DNA of 64,000 nt from Narcine bancroftii (GCF_036971445.1 NC_091471.1:359724001-359788000), one strand, 5' to 3'. Counted from the stretch's first letter, positions 12,900 to 25,885 are shown. Program-made: numbers and translations. Notes: generated by a model from the letters alone, not told the origin.

Positions 12900-13470
12900 G
12901 GCCTGGAGAATGTCGTGGAACAGTGCAACCCAGGGGATACAAGCAATTTTTCTTTCCTGAAAGTGCAAATGCAGGTAGACAGGGTGATGAAGAAGGTATT
13001 TGCTATGCTATGCTTTCATTGATCAGGGCACTGAGAACAAGAGTTGGGACATGACTGTCGAACACATCGTGGAGACCACAATTAGAGTATTTTTCGCAGT
13101 TCTGGTCACCTAGCTACAGGAAGGATGAATTCAGCTGGGAAGTGTGCAGAAAAGATTGACAAGCATGTTACTGGGACAGGACTGTATAGCCTTTTATCCT
13201 GCAATGTAGGAGGGTGAGGAGTGACTTTATAGTCATGGTGAATGGTCAGATTATCTTTTCCCAGGAGATAGAGGAGATTAAAATTAGAGGGTAAAGACAT
13301 GAGGGACAAATTCTTCACATGCTGGAGGTCGACAATTACAATGTTTAAAGGACATTTAGATAGGCTCAGAGAGATAAGGGCCAACCACAGGCAAATTGGA
13401 CTAGCTCAGGCAACCAACTTAGCTAGTATGGATACATTTGGCTGAAGGGCCTATTTCTGTGCTGTGTATG
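12900..13470 (+). mobile_element. Decayed CR1 fragment
   Basis: CAGTTCTGGTCACC (QFWSP) and a CR1-type 3' tail. Confidence 0.75.
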
Positions 13471-14519
13471 ATTTGTTCAGTGTGTTCCATTCCACTTATT
13501 AATACATGTGACAGGTACAATATCTTTTTGATTTCACAATCCACATCACCCCATGACCGTTTGCTAGTAAACCAGATTTGGAGTCAATGAAAGTGCATAA
13601 AAATCTGGGAACATATTTTCAATTTTGCTTAATTAGCACAACTTCTCATCTGTGCACAACACAATGAGAATGGAACACATTAAAGAGTTGATGTTAAATA
13701 AAAATTTCCAGTGTAGAATTTCAAAAATATAACCTAAAGCTATTTATTATAGATGTATGTCAATCATGTTGAGAACTTCTAAAAGCTCAATTTTAGTTTA
13801 ACCTTTATCAAGCTGAACAATGAAAAATAAAGACACCTGACGCATAGAAATTTGAGAATGTTAAAGGATTTTCCAAAGAACCAAAAGGTTGAAAGCTGGC
13901 TAATGTTCAGCAGAATGCAAACCCCCTACTTCACAAGGAGAACCTGATAGCAGTGGTGGAATGTAAATCTGCGACCTGTGCAGAGAGATTTCCATTGTCT
14001 GCCGATAGTAACTGAGAGTTCACTGTGCATCTAATATCAAAACAGCAGAGGTTATCCATGCACAGTGAATGTGTGATCAGATATAGACTCTGCTCAAAGC
14101 TTTTTACTACCAGATTAAAAGTAATACTAATATTCTTACCAAATGTAGTCACAGTAAAAAAAAATAGAGATTTTTTTTACAAGCAAAGTGATGAAGTAAT
14201 GAAAGGCAAAGACAAGGCAGGTAAATAGAAGAGAAGATCACCATTCAATTAAAGTGCTTTAATCTCCTTGTTTTGGCGAGGAGCAGTTGGGTTGGGGCAG
14301 GTAGGGTGGGGGCTTTGTGCAATTTACCCCGTATTTGTTTCCAATTAAAGGAATATTCCTACCTGGATTTTCAGATTAACTAATAAAGGTTTAGCAGAAA
14401 TGTTAACAGAGTATATCAAGTACCTTTTCTTTTCTGCTAAAGACATATTTTCAGCTCCATCAAGTACATTGCAGTGATAGTGATTCCCATTGGACAAAAT
14501 CAACACTGGCATTTGGAAG

Positions 14520-15000
14520 ATAACAGTGCAGGTCCTTTGGCCCATTATATCTATACTAACCATGTTGCCAAACTAACACATTCCATCTGCCTGTACGTGA
14601 CCCTTTATATAAAAGTGCTAGACTAAATGCTTTTTTTAAATGTCCTAGTTGTATCTGGTTCCACCACTAATCCTGGAAGCACATACAAGGCACTTACTAC
14701 TCTCTACATAAAATAATTCTTTTGCACATCTTTAAACTTTCTAGTATTTGACATTTTTGCCTTGAGAAAATGGTTGACTATCTACCCTTTCTATGGCCTC
14801 TCATAAAACCTATTTGGTTTTCATTCTGACACTCCAGAGAAAACAACCAAAATTTATGAAGCTAATATTCTTGAGTCCAGACAATACTCTGGCAAACCTC
14901 TCCAAAACCGTCCTGTAAAGTGGCATCCAGAAATGCACACACTACTTTCAATGTGCCCTCACCAATGTTTTATACAGCTGCATCAACACCTTGAAGTAAT
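14520..15000 (-). mobile_element. Decayed CR1 3' fragment
   Basis: Reverse-strand CR1 3'UTR and CCAGAAATGCACACACTACT motif. Confidence 0.65.
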
Positions 15001-16242
15001 CTAGTGCTACCTAATCTTCCTGGAGATTTACCACTTTCTGGTTCATGAGTGCCAAAGGATACAGCTCCCAAAGGTTAATCAAGTGATCTTGATCAATAAT
15101 TAGAAATAATAATTAATAATTTAAAGAGATGTTTGCAGCTTTAAATGGATAGTTGAGATCATTTAAAAAAAAGAGATTAAGATGAGAATCGTAACTATTT
15201 TGTTCTTGTCTTAATCCAAATAATAGCAGACTTAAATCATCCCTCTCTCTTGTTTCAAGCAACAAGCATTTTAACAATAAAAAGGTTTCAGATCTTACCA
15301 CAACCCATAGAGTATCACATTCCTAATCACTCGAATGATGACAGAAAACTATTTTATCTTTTCTTTCTTTATATCTGCACATCAAACCCTTTTCTGCAAT
15401 AAAATTAAGATGTAAAACCAGACTGCTATATTGATGCTAAGTGCCACTTCTTTAAAACAACAGTTCTTTTCAATCCATTCCATTGAACAACCAGCTGATT
15501 TGAAACTATACATTTGAGAAATGAATGGGAGCCTTGCAGTATTATTTGTGCGGTTAAACCTCAACTTGGGGTTTGAGGCTTCTGCGTATAAAGGGCATAT
15601 ACAGATTATTCAGCATTATCTAAAAATAAGCTCAAGGAAATTCCACAGCACAGTGCATTTGTATATCACTCGGCTGTTTGTTGTTTGGTTTCTTTTCTGT
15701 TTTTTTGCTGTAAAGGTCAAATGCCAAAGGAAGTGTGATTTGTCTAGTTTCCATGTTCCTAATTGTGCCCATGCTTGTCACGAGGAAGTCTGTCACTGAG
15801 AAAGGGGTTGTTGACTGCCAGAATAGGTTTGGGAAGGATATAAACTGTGTCCTGGCAAATGGGACAAGACCAGAATGCCAACTTAGTCAACATGGGTGAG
15901 TTTAGTTTCAGAGCCTCTTTCATGGTGTTTGACTCTATAACTTTGATTATTGTTTAAAAAATGCTGGGTTTTTTTTTTGAACGTGAAAATTTGGACTTGC
16001 TGGTCACGAGATGCGAAATTGGCACGTTATTTCTATGCAGACACTTCAGAGGTATTTATTTGTTCCTCTTCTTCTGCATTCTTTCCTCTCCTTCTCCTTT
16101 TCTTCATCATCTTCCTCTTTATCCCTTTGGAATCAAAGACATTTTCCTACAGTCCAGTCCCGAGGGCCCTGAGGTGACTGATGATGCCAACGTGAAAACA
16201 ATAGATTCTTCTACGAATGCAACAGAAGATGTCCATTTGCCC

Positions 16243-16317
16243 TCAGCCACAAATGAGCCTGCAGCTGACGTGGACATTACCCCTCCATAAATCTTCGTCC
16301 GCGAAGCCAAGCCAAAG
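16243..16317 (+). mobile_element. RTE 3' terminal fragment, inverted relative to 16358-16862
   Basis: ...GCAGCTGACGTGGACATTACCCCTCCATAAATCTTCGTCCGCGAAGCCAAGCCAAAG is the RTE 3' end read on the plus strand. Confidence 0.9.
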
Positions 16318-16357
16318 TCTGACTGTGAGTCGACCTCCTCAAGTTATCAGTCTCATT

Positions 16358-16862
16358 CTTTCTTTGGCTTGGCTTCGCGGACAAAGATTTATGGAGGGGT
16401 ATGTCCACATCTGCTGCAGGCTCGTTGGTGATTGACAAGTCTGATGCGGGACAGGCAGGCACAGTTGCAGCGGTTGCAAGGAAAAATTGGTTGGTTGGGG
16501 TTGGGTGTTGGGTTTTTCCTCCTTTGTCTTTTGTCAGTGAGGTGGGCTCTGCGGTCTTCTTCAAAGGAGGTTGCTGCCCACCGAACTGTGAGGCGCCAAG
16601 ATGCACGGTTGGAGGCGAGATCAGCCCACTGGCGGTGGTCAATGGGGCAGGCACCAAGAGATTTCTCTAAGCAGTCCTTGTACCTCTTCTTTGGTGCACC
16701 TCTGTCTCGGTGGCCAGTGGAGAACTCGCCATAGAACACGATCTTGGGAAGGCGATGGTCCTCCATTCTGGAGACGTGACCCACTCAGTGCAGTTGGGTC
16801 TTCAGCAGCATGGATTCGATGCTTGCGGACTCTGTCAGCTCGAGTACTTCGATGTTAAACTA
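16358..16862 (-). mobile_element. 5'-truncated RTE copy, same family as 53137-54210
   Basis: ORF 16389..16784 is nearly identical to the C-terminus of 53195..54283. 9-bp TSD AGTCTCATT at 16349-16357 and 16863-16871. Confidence 0.95.
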
Positions 16863-17554
16863 AGTCTCATTAAACTAAGCAAAATGTTCAATATTAACAC
16901 CCAAGAGTACATGATGACATCACTCGTTCATAATAATATACAAAATAGGAACATGGAGCCTGTGGATTGTCCCACCAGAATATCAGTTCATTTTTCCTAC
17001 CTGACATCCCTAACCCGAGACCAGAAGATTAGGATCTATTGGTAGTGGTTGAATTTCTTTCATGAAGAACTTGATACCTCATGCAGCAATGTTAAATATT
17101 TTTTTTTCTTTGAAATTATTCTGCTTAGTTGATTGAAAAATCGATGTCTAGATTCTAACTGTGTCAGGCAGTAAAATTACATTAATCTTAACTCCATGAC
17201 CATGATGGTACATACCGACAGATTTACTGCCTTCACTTGGCGGATTTGGACATTGCCGGCAATGCTGACATTCTACTGTTCATCGCTAATTGTCCCTGAA
17301 CTTTCTGCTAGGTCTGGAGTCAGAATGAGGCAAGGACAACAATTCCTTTCACTTGAAAACATTTTGTGAACTACATGGGTTTTTTTGACAACAATCCAGC
17401 AGTTTCATAATTACCACTATGGAGGCTTCAATTTCACAATTATTTAATTACTTGAATTTAAATTCCCCAGATTCTCAGGAATTTAATTAACAGTCCAGGA
17501 CTCCAACTTCCTGAGAAATAATTTAATAATTAAACTCTATACAAGGCAGCAGCT

Positions 17555-18805
17555 ATAAAAAAAAAATGGCAACCCTGCCTGAGCTGGTGTGGACCCAGTC
17601 AAGCAGGGAGTGGAGGTGCTTTGCTCTGCAGGGCCCTACTGCCCGGTTGTGTTGTCAATGGCTCCATACTGTTTTCAAGCAGCCTGTTACAGAACTTGAT
17701 GCTGTTTTATTTGAAAATCCTGGAAAAACGGAGGTCTGTGTCCAAGATGGTGCCTCCTGTGTTGGCGGGGATACAGATCCCAGCAGACCAGCACAAGGCA
17801 CTAGAAATGGTTGAGAAGCAGCAGCATGGGAGATGACCCTACAGGAAGGTAGCCACGGCAGCAAACTATCAAGGGGCTCAGTGGCTGAAGGACCCACACA
17901 GGGTGTGGCCTGCCAGTGACTTGTGGTCGAAGGACTCATACTGGATCCAAGCTGCTTGCGGACTGCCAGTGATTTATAGTCGAAGGACCTACACATGCTG
18001 TGGGCTACTGGAGACTGGCTCACAGAAACCAGGTAACAGAACTTGTATTCGAGAGGGTGCTGAGGGCAATAAAGGGTTCATGAAGGGGGTTCTAGGATAT
18101 TTTGGCACCCACATTTTGGTCCTCACAGTCTGTGCCCACAGTTCGGCGCTGGACATTTTGCCCCACCACCCCACTCACCATCTACTGGCTGACTCTGCCC
18201 CGCCAGTCACTTTTACTGGGAGAAGCAGTTTTCTGGGGGTGGGGGGGGGTAAGTTTCTGCAACACAAGGGGTTTAAGCAGCAGTTTCTGAAATGCCATGG
18301 GTTTAGGGAGTGCTGCAATGCGACGGGGAGCTGGGCCAGTGCCAAACGTGAACCAAAGTATAACAATAAATCCCAAAATGTTTCTGAAATGACGCCACGC
18401 CGAGGATTGCCGAGCTAAACTGTGGGTGCCAAAATGTCCGAAGGGCTACAAAACTTTTTTTTGCCAAAATGTCCATCGCCAAAATGCAAGGCGCCAAAAT
18501 GTCCAATTCTGTCACAAAGGGCCTCATTCACTAAAATGTTCTTGATCTTAACGGAGGTTTAGACGTGGAGCTCAGGCTGCCAATATTTTGAACAGGAGTC
18601 TGTGCAGCTACAGAGTGCTAAAGGCGAATCCACGGACACTCAAGAATACTGAAGGGATACTCTTTTGTTTCTCCTTCTCTAAATTGTTAGGGACACTAGT
18701 CAATGTTCATGGCAATTCTTTGTTTGCCTCTCAGTAGACAAAAGTTGAAGTAATCATGTATATGACATTTTTCATGTATTATTATGTGACCTTAAAAGGA
18801 TCCTT
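17555..18805 (+). mobile_element. Related non-coding Rex1-tailed repeat hosting a MULE-like insertion
   Basis: GGCGAATCCACGGACACTC at ~18622-18640 is the reverse complement of the family motif at ~124-142; Rex1-like tail at 18710-18805. Confidence 0.6.
18088..18511. mobile_element. Non-autonomous DNA transposon, MULE/MuDR-like
   Basis: Inverted arrays of GGACATTTTGGC / GCCAAAATGTCC at both ends; flanked by TCATGAAGGG (18078-18087) and TCACAAAGGG (18512-18521). Confidence 0.7.
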
Positions 18806-18809
18806 GTGT

Positions 18810-19468
18810 CATGACTGCAGCAGGAAGTCAGGGGAACACGACCCCATCCTCATTGACGGCTGAGTAGTGGAGAGGATCAAGAACTTCAAATTCCTGGGTG
18901 TCAACATCTCCGAGGATCTGTCCTCGAGCCCCCACGCTGATGCAAACACAAAGACGGCTCGCCAACTGTTATACTTTTTGAGGCATCTTAAGGAGGTTCC
19001 TTGCGTCACCGAAGACTCTCGTAAACTTCCAGAGGTGTACTGTGGAGAGCATTCTGGCTGGTTGCATCACTGCCTGGTATGGAGGCACCAACTCTCAGGA
19101 TGAGAATAAACTCCAGAGGGTTGTTAACTTGGCCCGAGGCATCACAGGCACCAGACTTCACTCCATCAAGGACATCTACATAGAAAAGCAGCCTCTATCC
19201 TTAAAGTCTCCCACTACCCAGGCCGTGCCTTCTTCACTCTGCTACCATCAGGAAAAAGGCACAGGAGCCTAAAGACGAGCACTCAGTGGCTTCTTCCCCA
19301 CTGCCATCAGATTCCTGAATAATCAATGAACCAAAGACACGGCCTTACTTTTCGTGCACTATTATTTTAATTTTTTTGTCATCAGGTGGTTATGACATGA
19401 ATGTTTGTGCTATGAGGCTGCCAGATTTCATGACTTGTTCATGACAATAAATTCTGATTCTGATTCTA
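18810..19468 (+). mobile_element. Rex1/Babar 3' fragment
   Basis: FKFLGVNISEDLS, ESILAGCITAWYG; (ATTCTG)n tail after ACAATAA. Confidence 0.9.
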
Positions 19469-20110
19469 ATATGATATGCACCAGACCTGCCACTGGATGT
19501 CACTCATTTGATAGGATACCTGAGGAAACTGCTTCATATTTACTTTGGCATAAATGCAGAATTCAGGTCACTGTACTAAGACACTGGGAGAAAATTCGAG
19601 ACACTGCGTACGCAGAAGGGAATGGCTTTCAGCTAAATCAGTAGCAAAAGAAACAACAGTGCAGAGTTGATTCTGTAACCCATGCTGGCTTTGAGCAAAG
19701 TTAACAAAAGTCCAGTGCACTATCCTACAGTCTTCAAGCACTGCTCCCAGCTGAGAGTGTTTACATTTGAATTCCCCCAATTCTACAAAGATGGACTGGG
19801 TATGCAGCAAAATCTCTGAACAATAAATTACAAATCCCATGCCATAAGCGGAAGTTCAGATGAGGCACACATTCCATCTCCTTCAAAGCTTAAGTGAGAA
19901 TGCTTTTCTGCAATTATAGTCCAACAGTTATTGGAGTCAAGGTCGCCCAGAGAACCATGGTGTGCCAAACAGTAAACAGCATGTGTTAACAGGGAGAGCA
20001 TATTTCCAGCTCCAACTCCAACTCCAACTCAAGCAGTTTCACACCTCCTGTAGGACTGACAAATCCTGTAATGGTAGTCTCAAAATCCAGACTGCTCTCA
20101 GATTTTCAGA

Positions 20111-20316
20111 TCTGGTCAAAAAGCAGCAGGGGAGGATCTGCTTTCTTTGATCAGCGTCCATGCGAATCGCTGTGATGGGTGCCAGCAACACACTCCAGCG
20201 GCTTCTGGACATGCGTGGACCCCCGACGACTCGGGTCAACCAGCAGCAAAACCTCTCTTCCCTCCTGCTCCTCCACTACACACCAGGCAGTGTTCCTCTT
20301 TCCCACTTTTATTTTA
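20111..20316. repeat. 206-bp dispersed repeat, copy 1
   Basis: Five differences from 23644-23850, counted by eye. Confidence 0.95.
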
Positions 20317-20659
20317 TTTTCAGTCCAGATTTTCAGATTTTCTGGATTCTAGGGCGGTACTTTTAAAATTCAAATTTAAAGAGGAATAAAGGAGAGATGA
20401 AGAGGTAAACATTGACAAATGTTCATTAGCAAATACAGCAAGTTTCATTTATTAAAACAAGGAGTTTTAAAGAAGAATCAGGTCAACACTTGACAAAAAC
20501 GTAAACAATTTTTTTAACTACAAAAAAGTGTGTAATGCTTGAAATTACGTTTAAAATCAACATTGTAAAAGAAAAATACAAATTCATTTCTTTGTGATAA
20601 GATTATCTGTATTAAGTGTGGTCGCTTGTTGCCACCGTTCATGCTTAGACATGCACACT

Positions 20660-20660
<1 letters not shown>

Positions 20661-20710
<50 letters not shown>
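20661..20710. repeat. (GCAC)n microsatellite
   Basis: Read directly from the sequence. Confidence 0.98.
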
Positions 20711-21686
20711 GTGCAAAAGCCTGCTAAATTTAAAAAGTTTGAGAGTGCAGATTCTCAGGTGGTCCAGATTTTTGGACTCATACTGTATCCTCAAAGATGT
20801 TCAGCATGAAGAGAAACTCAGATTGTTTCTATCCACCAGTTGATTGTCCTGAATGATTCTACATTTTATTGGACATGTTTACAGTAAATTTTCAAATAGT
20901 TTGCATTATTTTGATGCTGATTATGCTACCTTTTCCTCCAAGAAAATGACCTCTTCAGCACCCAGCTGTCCCATTGGACATCTGTTGCTTGATCTGTGGG
21001 TGTCTGTGATTCTCTCTGTAGTTTCAGACCCCGCAAAACCAGAATGGGATTAAGTCATTCTCAAGCCTAAGGGATGGCTTTAAGAGGTAATCCTGGATGT
21101 GGTAGGCTGGAGCTTGCTGATGTAAGGCCAACCTTATCAGTTCATCCTGCTGTTGAACTCTGTATTATTAACAATAGTGATCTTGGGGACAACAAAAATA
21201 TGTGGCTGAAGCTCCTATGGAGATGATTTGTAAAATTCAGGTTGAAAACACTGGGTGAATTGGTGTTTAATGAAATTTGAGGCAATGATTTCAATTATCT
21301 GTACCATTTCTGTTGGAGGTTGTTGGCAACTTAGAGCCAATCAGTGCAGGAGATGGCGAGAAAGAGCGAAATGTAATCAGCATCTCCTTTGAGGGATAGC
21401 AGGCCAATGAGAAATTGGATTGGCCAAGGATGGGACAGGGGGAGATTCCAGAGGATATGGAATAGCTGCAGGAGTAGGAAAGTGAGAAATTGCTGATGCT
21501 TCTCTCAGTACGTCTGAATGGATCAGAACTGACCCACGTGTTTGTGGTGCCAGTCTGTTGAAAGGTGAGGAGGGAGAAGGGGAGAAAGAATCACCAGAAT
21601 CACCTGAAAGGCCTTTTGCAATTATAACACTGGACAACACATTTCTATCAAATGGTTTGAAATAAAAAAATTGGGAATGACAATAG

Positions 21687-22205
21687 ACAACTTCAAGCTG
21701 GACACAAAGATAATTTCAGATTGGCTGTATCATGTAGGAAGTTGGAGAAACATTAAATTAACTTTTTTTTTAAATTTAGCATGTTTAATTGTATAATGAT
21801 GCTTTAGTTCAACTGAACCAAAAGTGTTTTGCCACTGATTTTCATTTGTACTCAGCATCTGATGCCTCTCATGTTCATGTCCAACAATGATGATTCCAGT
21901 TGCCCTGATACCACTTTTCCTTGGTCACAATGTCCTGGTGAAACTTTTCACCATGTTCGTCATTGACTAAGATCAGCAGGGATCAGGTCCAAGGGTGAAT
22001 GCAAAGAATGAATTTTCAGGGACATGTTGCACTTCGTGTTTTTGTTTGCTTAGACTTAAAATATGACAGGAAATCACAAAAATAGGTTATATCTAAAATA
22101 TGGAAGGTGATAGGAAACTTTAAAGGCGAGTTTCATGATCAGTATCTCAATCTGCATAAAATACACCCAGAAATGTCCAGGATCCAAAATCTACATTGTC
22201 TAGTG
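21687..22205. repeat. ~500-bp diverged direct repeat, copy 1
   Basis: Colinear with 31770-32260. Confidence 0.9.
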
Positions 22206-22449
22206 TAATGGGATATGTCTCAGTAGTGGACAGAACAAAATTCTTGACTGCAGGATTCATACAAGAACCTCCAGAAAAACAAATGGAAGATAACAACATG
22301 TTGAAGGAGTTTGGAGCTGAATGGAGTTTGGAAATTGTGAAGAAGTTTGCAAGGATAGAGAAACATGCTTTCTTTGTTTAGGGGAGGTAATGATGAAAGA
22401 TTTTAAGGAGAACAAATCGAGAATGACATCAGCAAAATAGCTTCAGGAA

Positions 22450-23125
22450 AGCTCCAGGGGTAATCAGCAGTTTAGAGGTAAATGGTCTGAAAGTTGGACT
22501 AAGACTTGTTGATAGTTCTCCCTTGGTCCTTAATACACAGGGGACTGCAGATCAATAATGTAAGGAAGTTTGCCACAACTGCATAGGATTTTGGTGGAGC
22601 CATAGCTTGGGTAATTTTGGTAAATGGTTTTGGTCTCCTTATCTAACAATGTATAAACTTCCGTCGGAGAGAGTAAGAAGTACTCTCAACAGGTTGATTC
22701 AAAGTGTGAAACCCTTACAGTATAAAGGCAGGCAAAGCACATTGGGTTTCTATTTGCTAAAGTTCAGAAGATAGAAAGTAATCTCATTCAAAAATAGACC
22801 CTTATGAATTTTGACTGGGAAGATGTTGAGTATACGTTTCCTCTGTAGTGGGACAAGGGGGTCATAGATTCAAATAAAGCATTACCTACTAGAGATGGAA
22901 ATGAAAAATAATTTCTTAGAGAGCTGAGGAAACATGGAAGTTTCTCTTCTAGAGGGCGTTTGAAGCCTAATCGTTACGCCCATGGTGGAGAAATAATGAA
23001 TTTTAGATCTTAGCTGGGTTACGTGGGCTAAGGGCGAATATAGAGCCAATTACCAGATGAGCTACCAACCGATTGAGTGATGTGGCTGGCATGTGAGAAT
23101 ATGGCCATCAATTAAATCTATTTTT
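22450..23125 (+). mobile_element. Old CR1 3' fragment
   Basis: TTTTGGTCTCCTTATCTAA and AGTTCAGAAGA motifs. Confidence 0.6.
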
Positions 23126-23643
23126 ATGCTTTTGATTTCTTTTGTAACAGATGGGTGGGGCAATGAGTTTCAGTGATGATGGGACAAATGACAGTCACAC
23201 CAAATCCAGAGTAAATCATCTAAATTTATCACTGGAAATAATCAAAAGGACAGGAGGTCAACGCATTAGAAGGGTTGTTGTCTCAATTCTGGTTTGTCAG
23301 CTTCTAGCAAAAAATATCATTCCTCTGCATTATATTCTATTCCTGTCTTACATTTTTTTAAATGGCATGCCAAGTCTCATAGACAAGTGATAGATAGGTT
23401 TCTTGTTGTGTCAGTTAATGCCAAGAATTACCAGGGTCTTGAATTGCAGGAGTTTATTTGAGTATAAAACATGTTTTATGTACTGCAACGTTGCTTACAT
23501 GCTCAATCAGCTGCATGCTGTATTTGTCAAGCCACAAGTAGAATTTAGCAGAACTTGAAAACAGACCAAGTCCACTGAGTCCTGAATCAAATCTGAGACT
23601 TGTGAAGTTTGCCCTGAGCACAGACCTCCATGGAAGGAACGTT

Positions 23644-23850
23644 TCTGGTCAAAAAGCAGCAGGGGTAGGATCTGCTTTCTTTGATCAGCGTCCATGCGAA
23701 TCGCTGTGATGGGTGCCAGTAACACACTCCAGCGGCTCCTGGACATGCGTGGACCCCCGACGACTCGGGTCAACCAGCAGCAAGACCTCTCTTCCCTCCT
23801 GCTCCTCCACTACACACCAGGCAGTGTTTCTCTTTCCCACTTTTATTTTA
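23644..23850. repeat. 206-bp dispersed repeat, copy 2
   Basis: Same orientation and boundaries as 20111-20316. Confidence 0.95.
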
Positions 23851-25371
23851 ACAATGGCAATTAGTGGACCTCAGCCATATGGAAGTATTATACCTTTCAC
23901 CTCTTCTTGCGCAATGCACAGTTCACTAAATTTCCAATAGTCTTATCAAAGCATTCTCACAAGCCACAAACATGCTAACACTTATTATGTGTCAAGCACA
24001 TTTATAATTCTGCACACTCCCCAGTTTTCATTAATTGTTAATGGAGCTCAGAATTACACTCAGGGTAAGGATAACTCTTTGGCTGCTGTTATAGAGTATT
24101 TTCTTTTCTTTTTAAAATATTTTTATTAATATTTTACAATAGAAAAGTTATAAAAGAGTTAGAAAAATGATCATAAGTAAAAGTTCCAAAGCACGACCAA
24201 TGACAATAAAACAGATCATAACAAAGGAAATAAATTTCAAAACACCTTCCACTAAACAAAGTTGAAGATTAGCGATCATAAATCAAAGCGGCACAATCCT
24301 AGATTGGGACAACACAATGCCAAAATTCCACATTCACACTAAATCTCAAACTATTTTACTTTCTTCAGTAGAATCAGTTCCAAATGGCACCAGAATAAAT
24401 CTGACTGCAGGTGCAAAATACTTAGAGAATCACAGCACAGTTACAAGCAATAAGGAGGCCATTCAACCCATTGTTCTCTGCTGGCTTCTTGGTCCTCCAC
24501 TGTGAGCAGCTCAATGGTAGAGCTAGTTGAGCTGATGCCTCACTGACTGTGGAAGTAGGAGTTTGCCTGTTCTACACTGATCAATGTTAATTAATGCCTA
24601 CATATGCCCTGCTGCTCTGTGAAAAATTCTGTGGGGGAGTTAAATACTCTTAAGAGAGGGGCCCCATGACATGTGTTGCTAAGGTAGTAAGTGTCGACCA
24701 GTCTGGAGTTTCCCCAGATCAGGTGACATACATGAACAATGCCAGAGGAAAGAAGAGTCCGGTTACATGTTTGACTTATGCAATTGAATTAAAACTGATA
24801 AGGCAATGCATGGGAGAAGACTTATTTTTGATTGGTCAAACCAAATTGCAGGGCCGTGATTCAATCTTGACCTCAGCTTCTTTTTGGGTCGAATTTTTAC
24901 ATTTTACTCGTGTTCACGTGGGTCCTCCAATTTCCATCCTCATCCCATCCATGAGGGGGTTTGGACGATTAATTTGCCACTGTAATTTGCCCCTGGTGTT
25001 GTGTGGGTGGGGAAATTGATGGGAATATGGGGGAATTGGTTACTGGGAAAATCGGTAGGAGGAAGCCGATTGCTCTGTAAGCAATTGGCACAGTGGGCTG
25101 AATGGCCTATAGGGTCAAAAGGAAATGTAAAGATAGTAGCATTTGTTGAACCAAGTGGAATAGCTTCCCTCAATGTATCCTATCTCAATAAATCATGATC
25201 TTAAACTTCCTGATCAAATCTCCTCTCAACCTTCTTGCAACCCCACAAGGCAGCTGCCGATAAGACCATTGGAGGTATAGTCTGGGAAACTCTATGCATG
25301 TAAAGAGAAAAATGGTAAAGTTGTATAAATTGGCGATTAAATTTTGGAGTATAGTGTGAAATTTTGAAATA

Positions 25372-25885
25372 ACTACAGAAAAGATGTCAATAAAATTGAA
25401 AGAGTGCAGAGATGATTTATTAGGATGTTGCTAAACTTCAGGAACTGAGTTATAGGGAGGGAAAGATTAAATAAGTTAGGACTTTATTCCCTGGAATGTA
25501 GAAGAACAAGGGAAGATTTGATGGAGATTTACAAAATTATGAGAGGCATAGACAGAATAAATTCCAGTCGGCTTTGAGCACTGAGGTTAGGTGAGATACA
25601 AACCAGAGGACAAGTGTTAAGGGTGAAAGGGGAAAAGTTTAGGGAGAATATTAAAAGGAATTTCTTCTCGCACAGAGAGTGTTAGGAGTGTGGGATGAGT
25701 TACCAGCTGAAGTGGCGAATGTGGCCTCAATTTTAGCATTTAAGAAAAATTTGTACGGGAACATGGATGGGATAGGTAATGAGGGCTACGGACTGGGTGC
25801 AGCTCGGTTGGACCAGTTCAAAAGAGACTAGAAGGGCCAACAGGCCTGTTTTTGTGCTGTAATGTTTTATGGTTCTATGATTCTA
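25372..25885 (+). mobile_element. CR1 3' fragment
   Basis: Homologous to 49370-49870; (GTTCTATG)-like tail. Confidence 0.88.

Larger units (their letters stand above)
20070..20785. mobile_element. pogo/Tigger-like non-autonomous DNA element containing the 206-bp unit and a (GCAC)n repeat
   Basis: Right end GATTTTTGGACTCATACTG|TA; degenerate left counterpart AGTCTCAAAATCCAGAC; repeated GATTTTCAGA motifs. Confidence 0.6.

Noticed and set aside
20111-20175. HDV/CPEB3-like ribozyme call for the 206-bp unit
   Set aside because: GCGAA and a P1-like helix are present, but L3 is too short and P2 is broken; a simple hairpin explains the pairing better. Kept only as something to test.
20514-20809. 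ORFs with RACV / HART repeats
   Set aside because: These are translations of the (GCAC)n microsatellite.
21887-21975. Possible C/D snoRNA (ATGATGA at 21887-21893)
   Set aside because: The C box is not kept in the duplicate copy, and there is no well-placed terminal CTGA with a closing stem.
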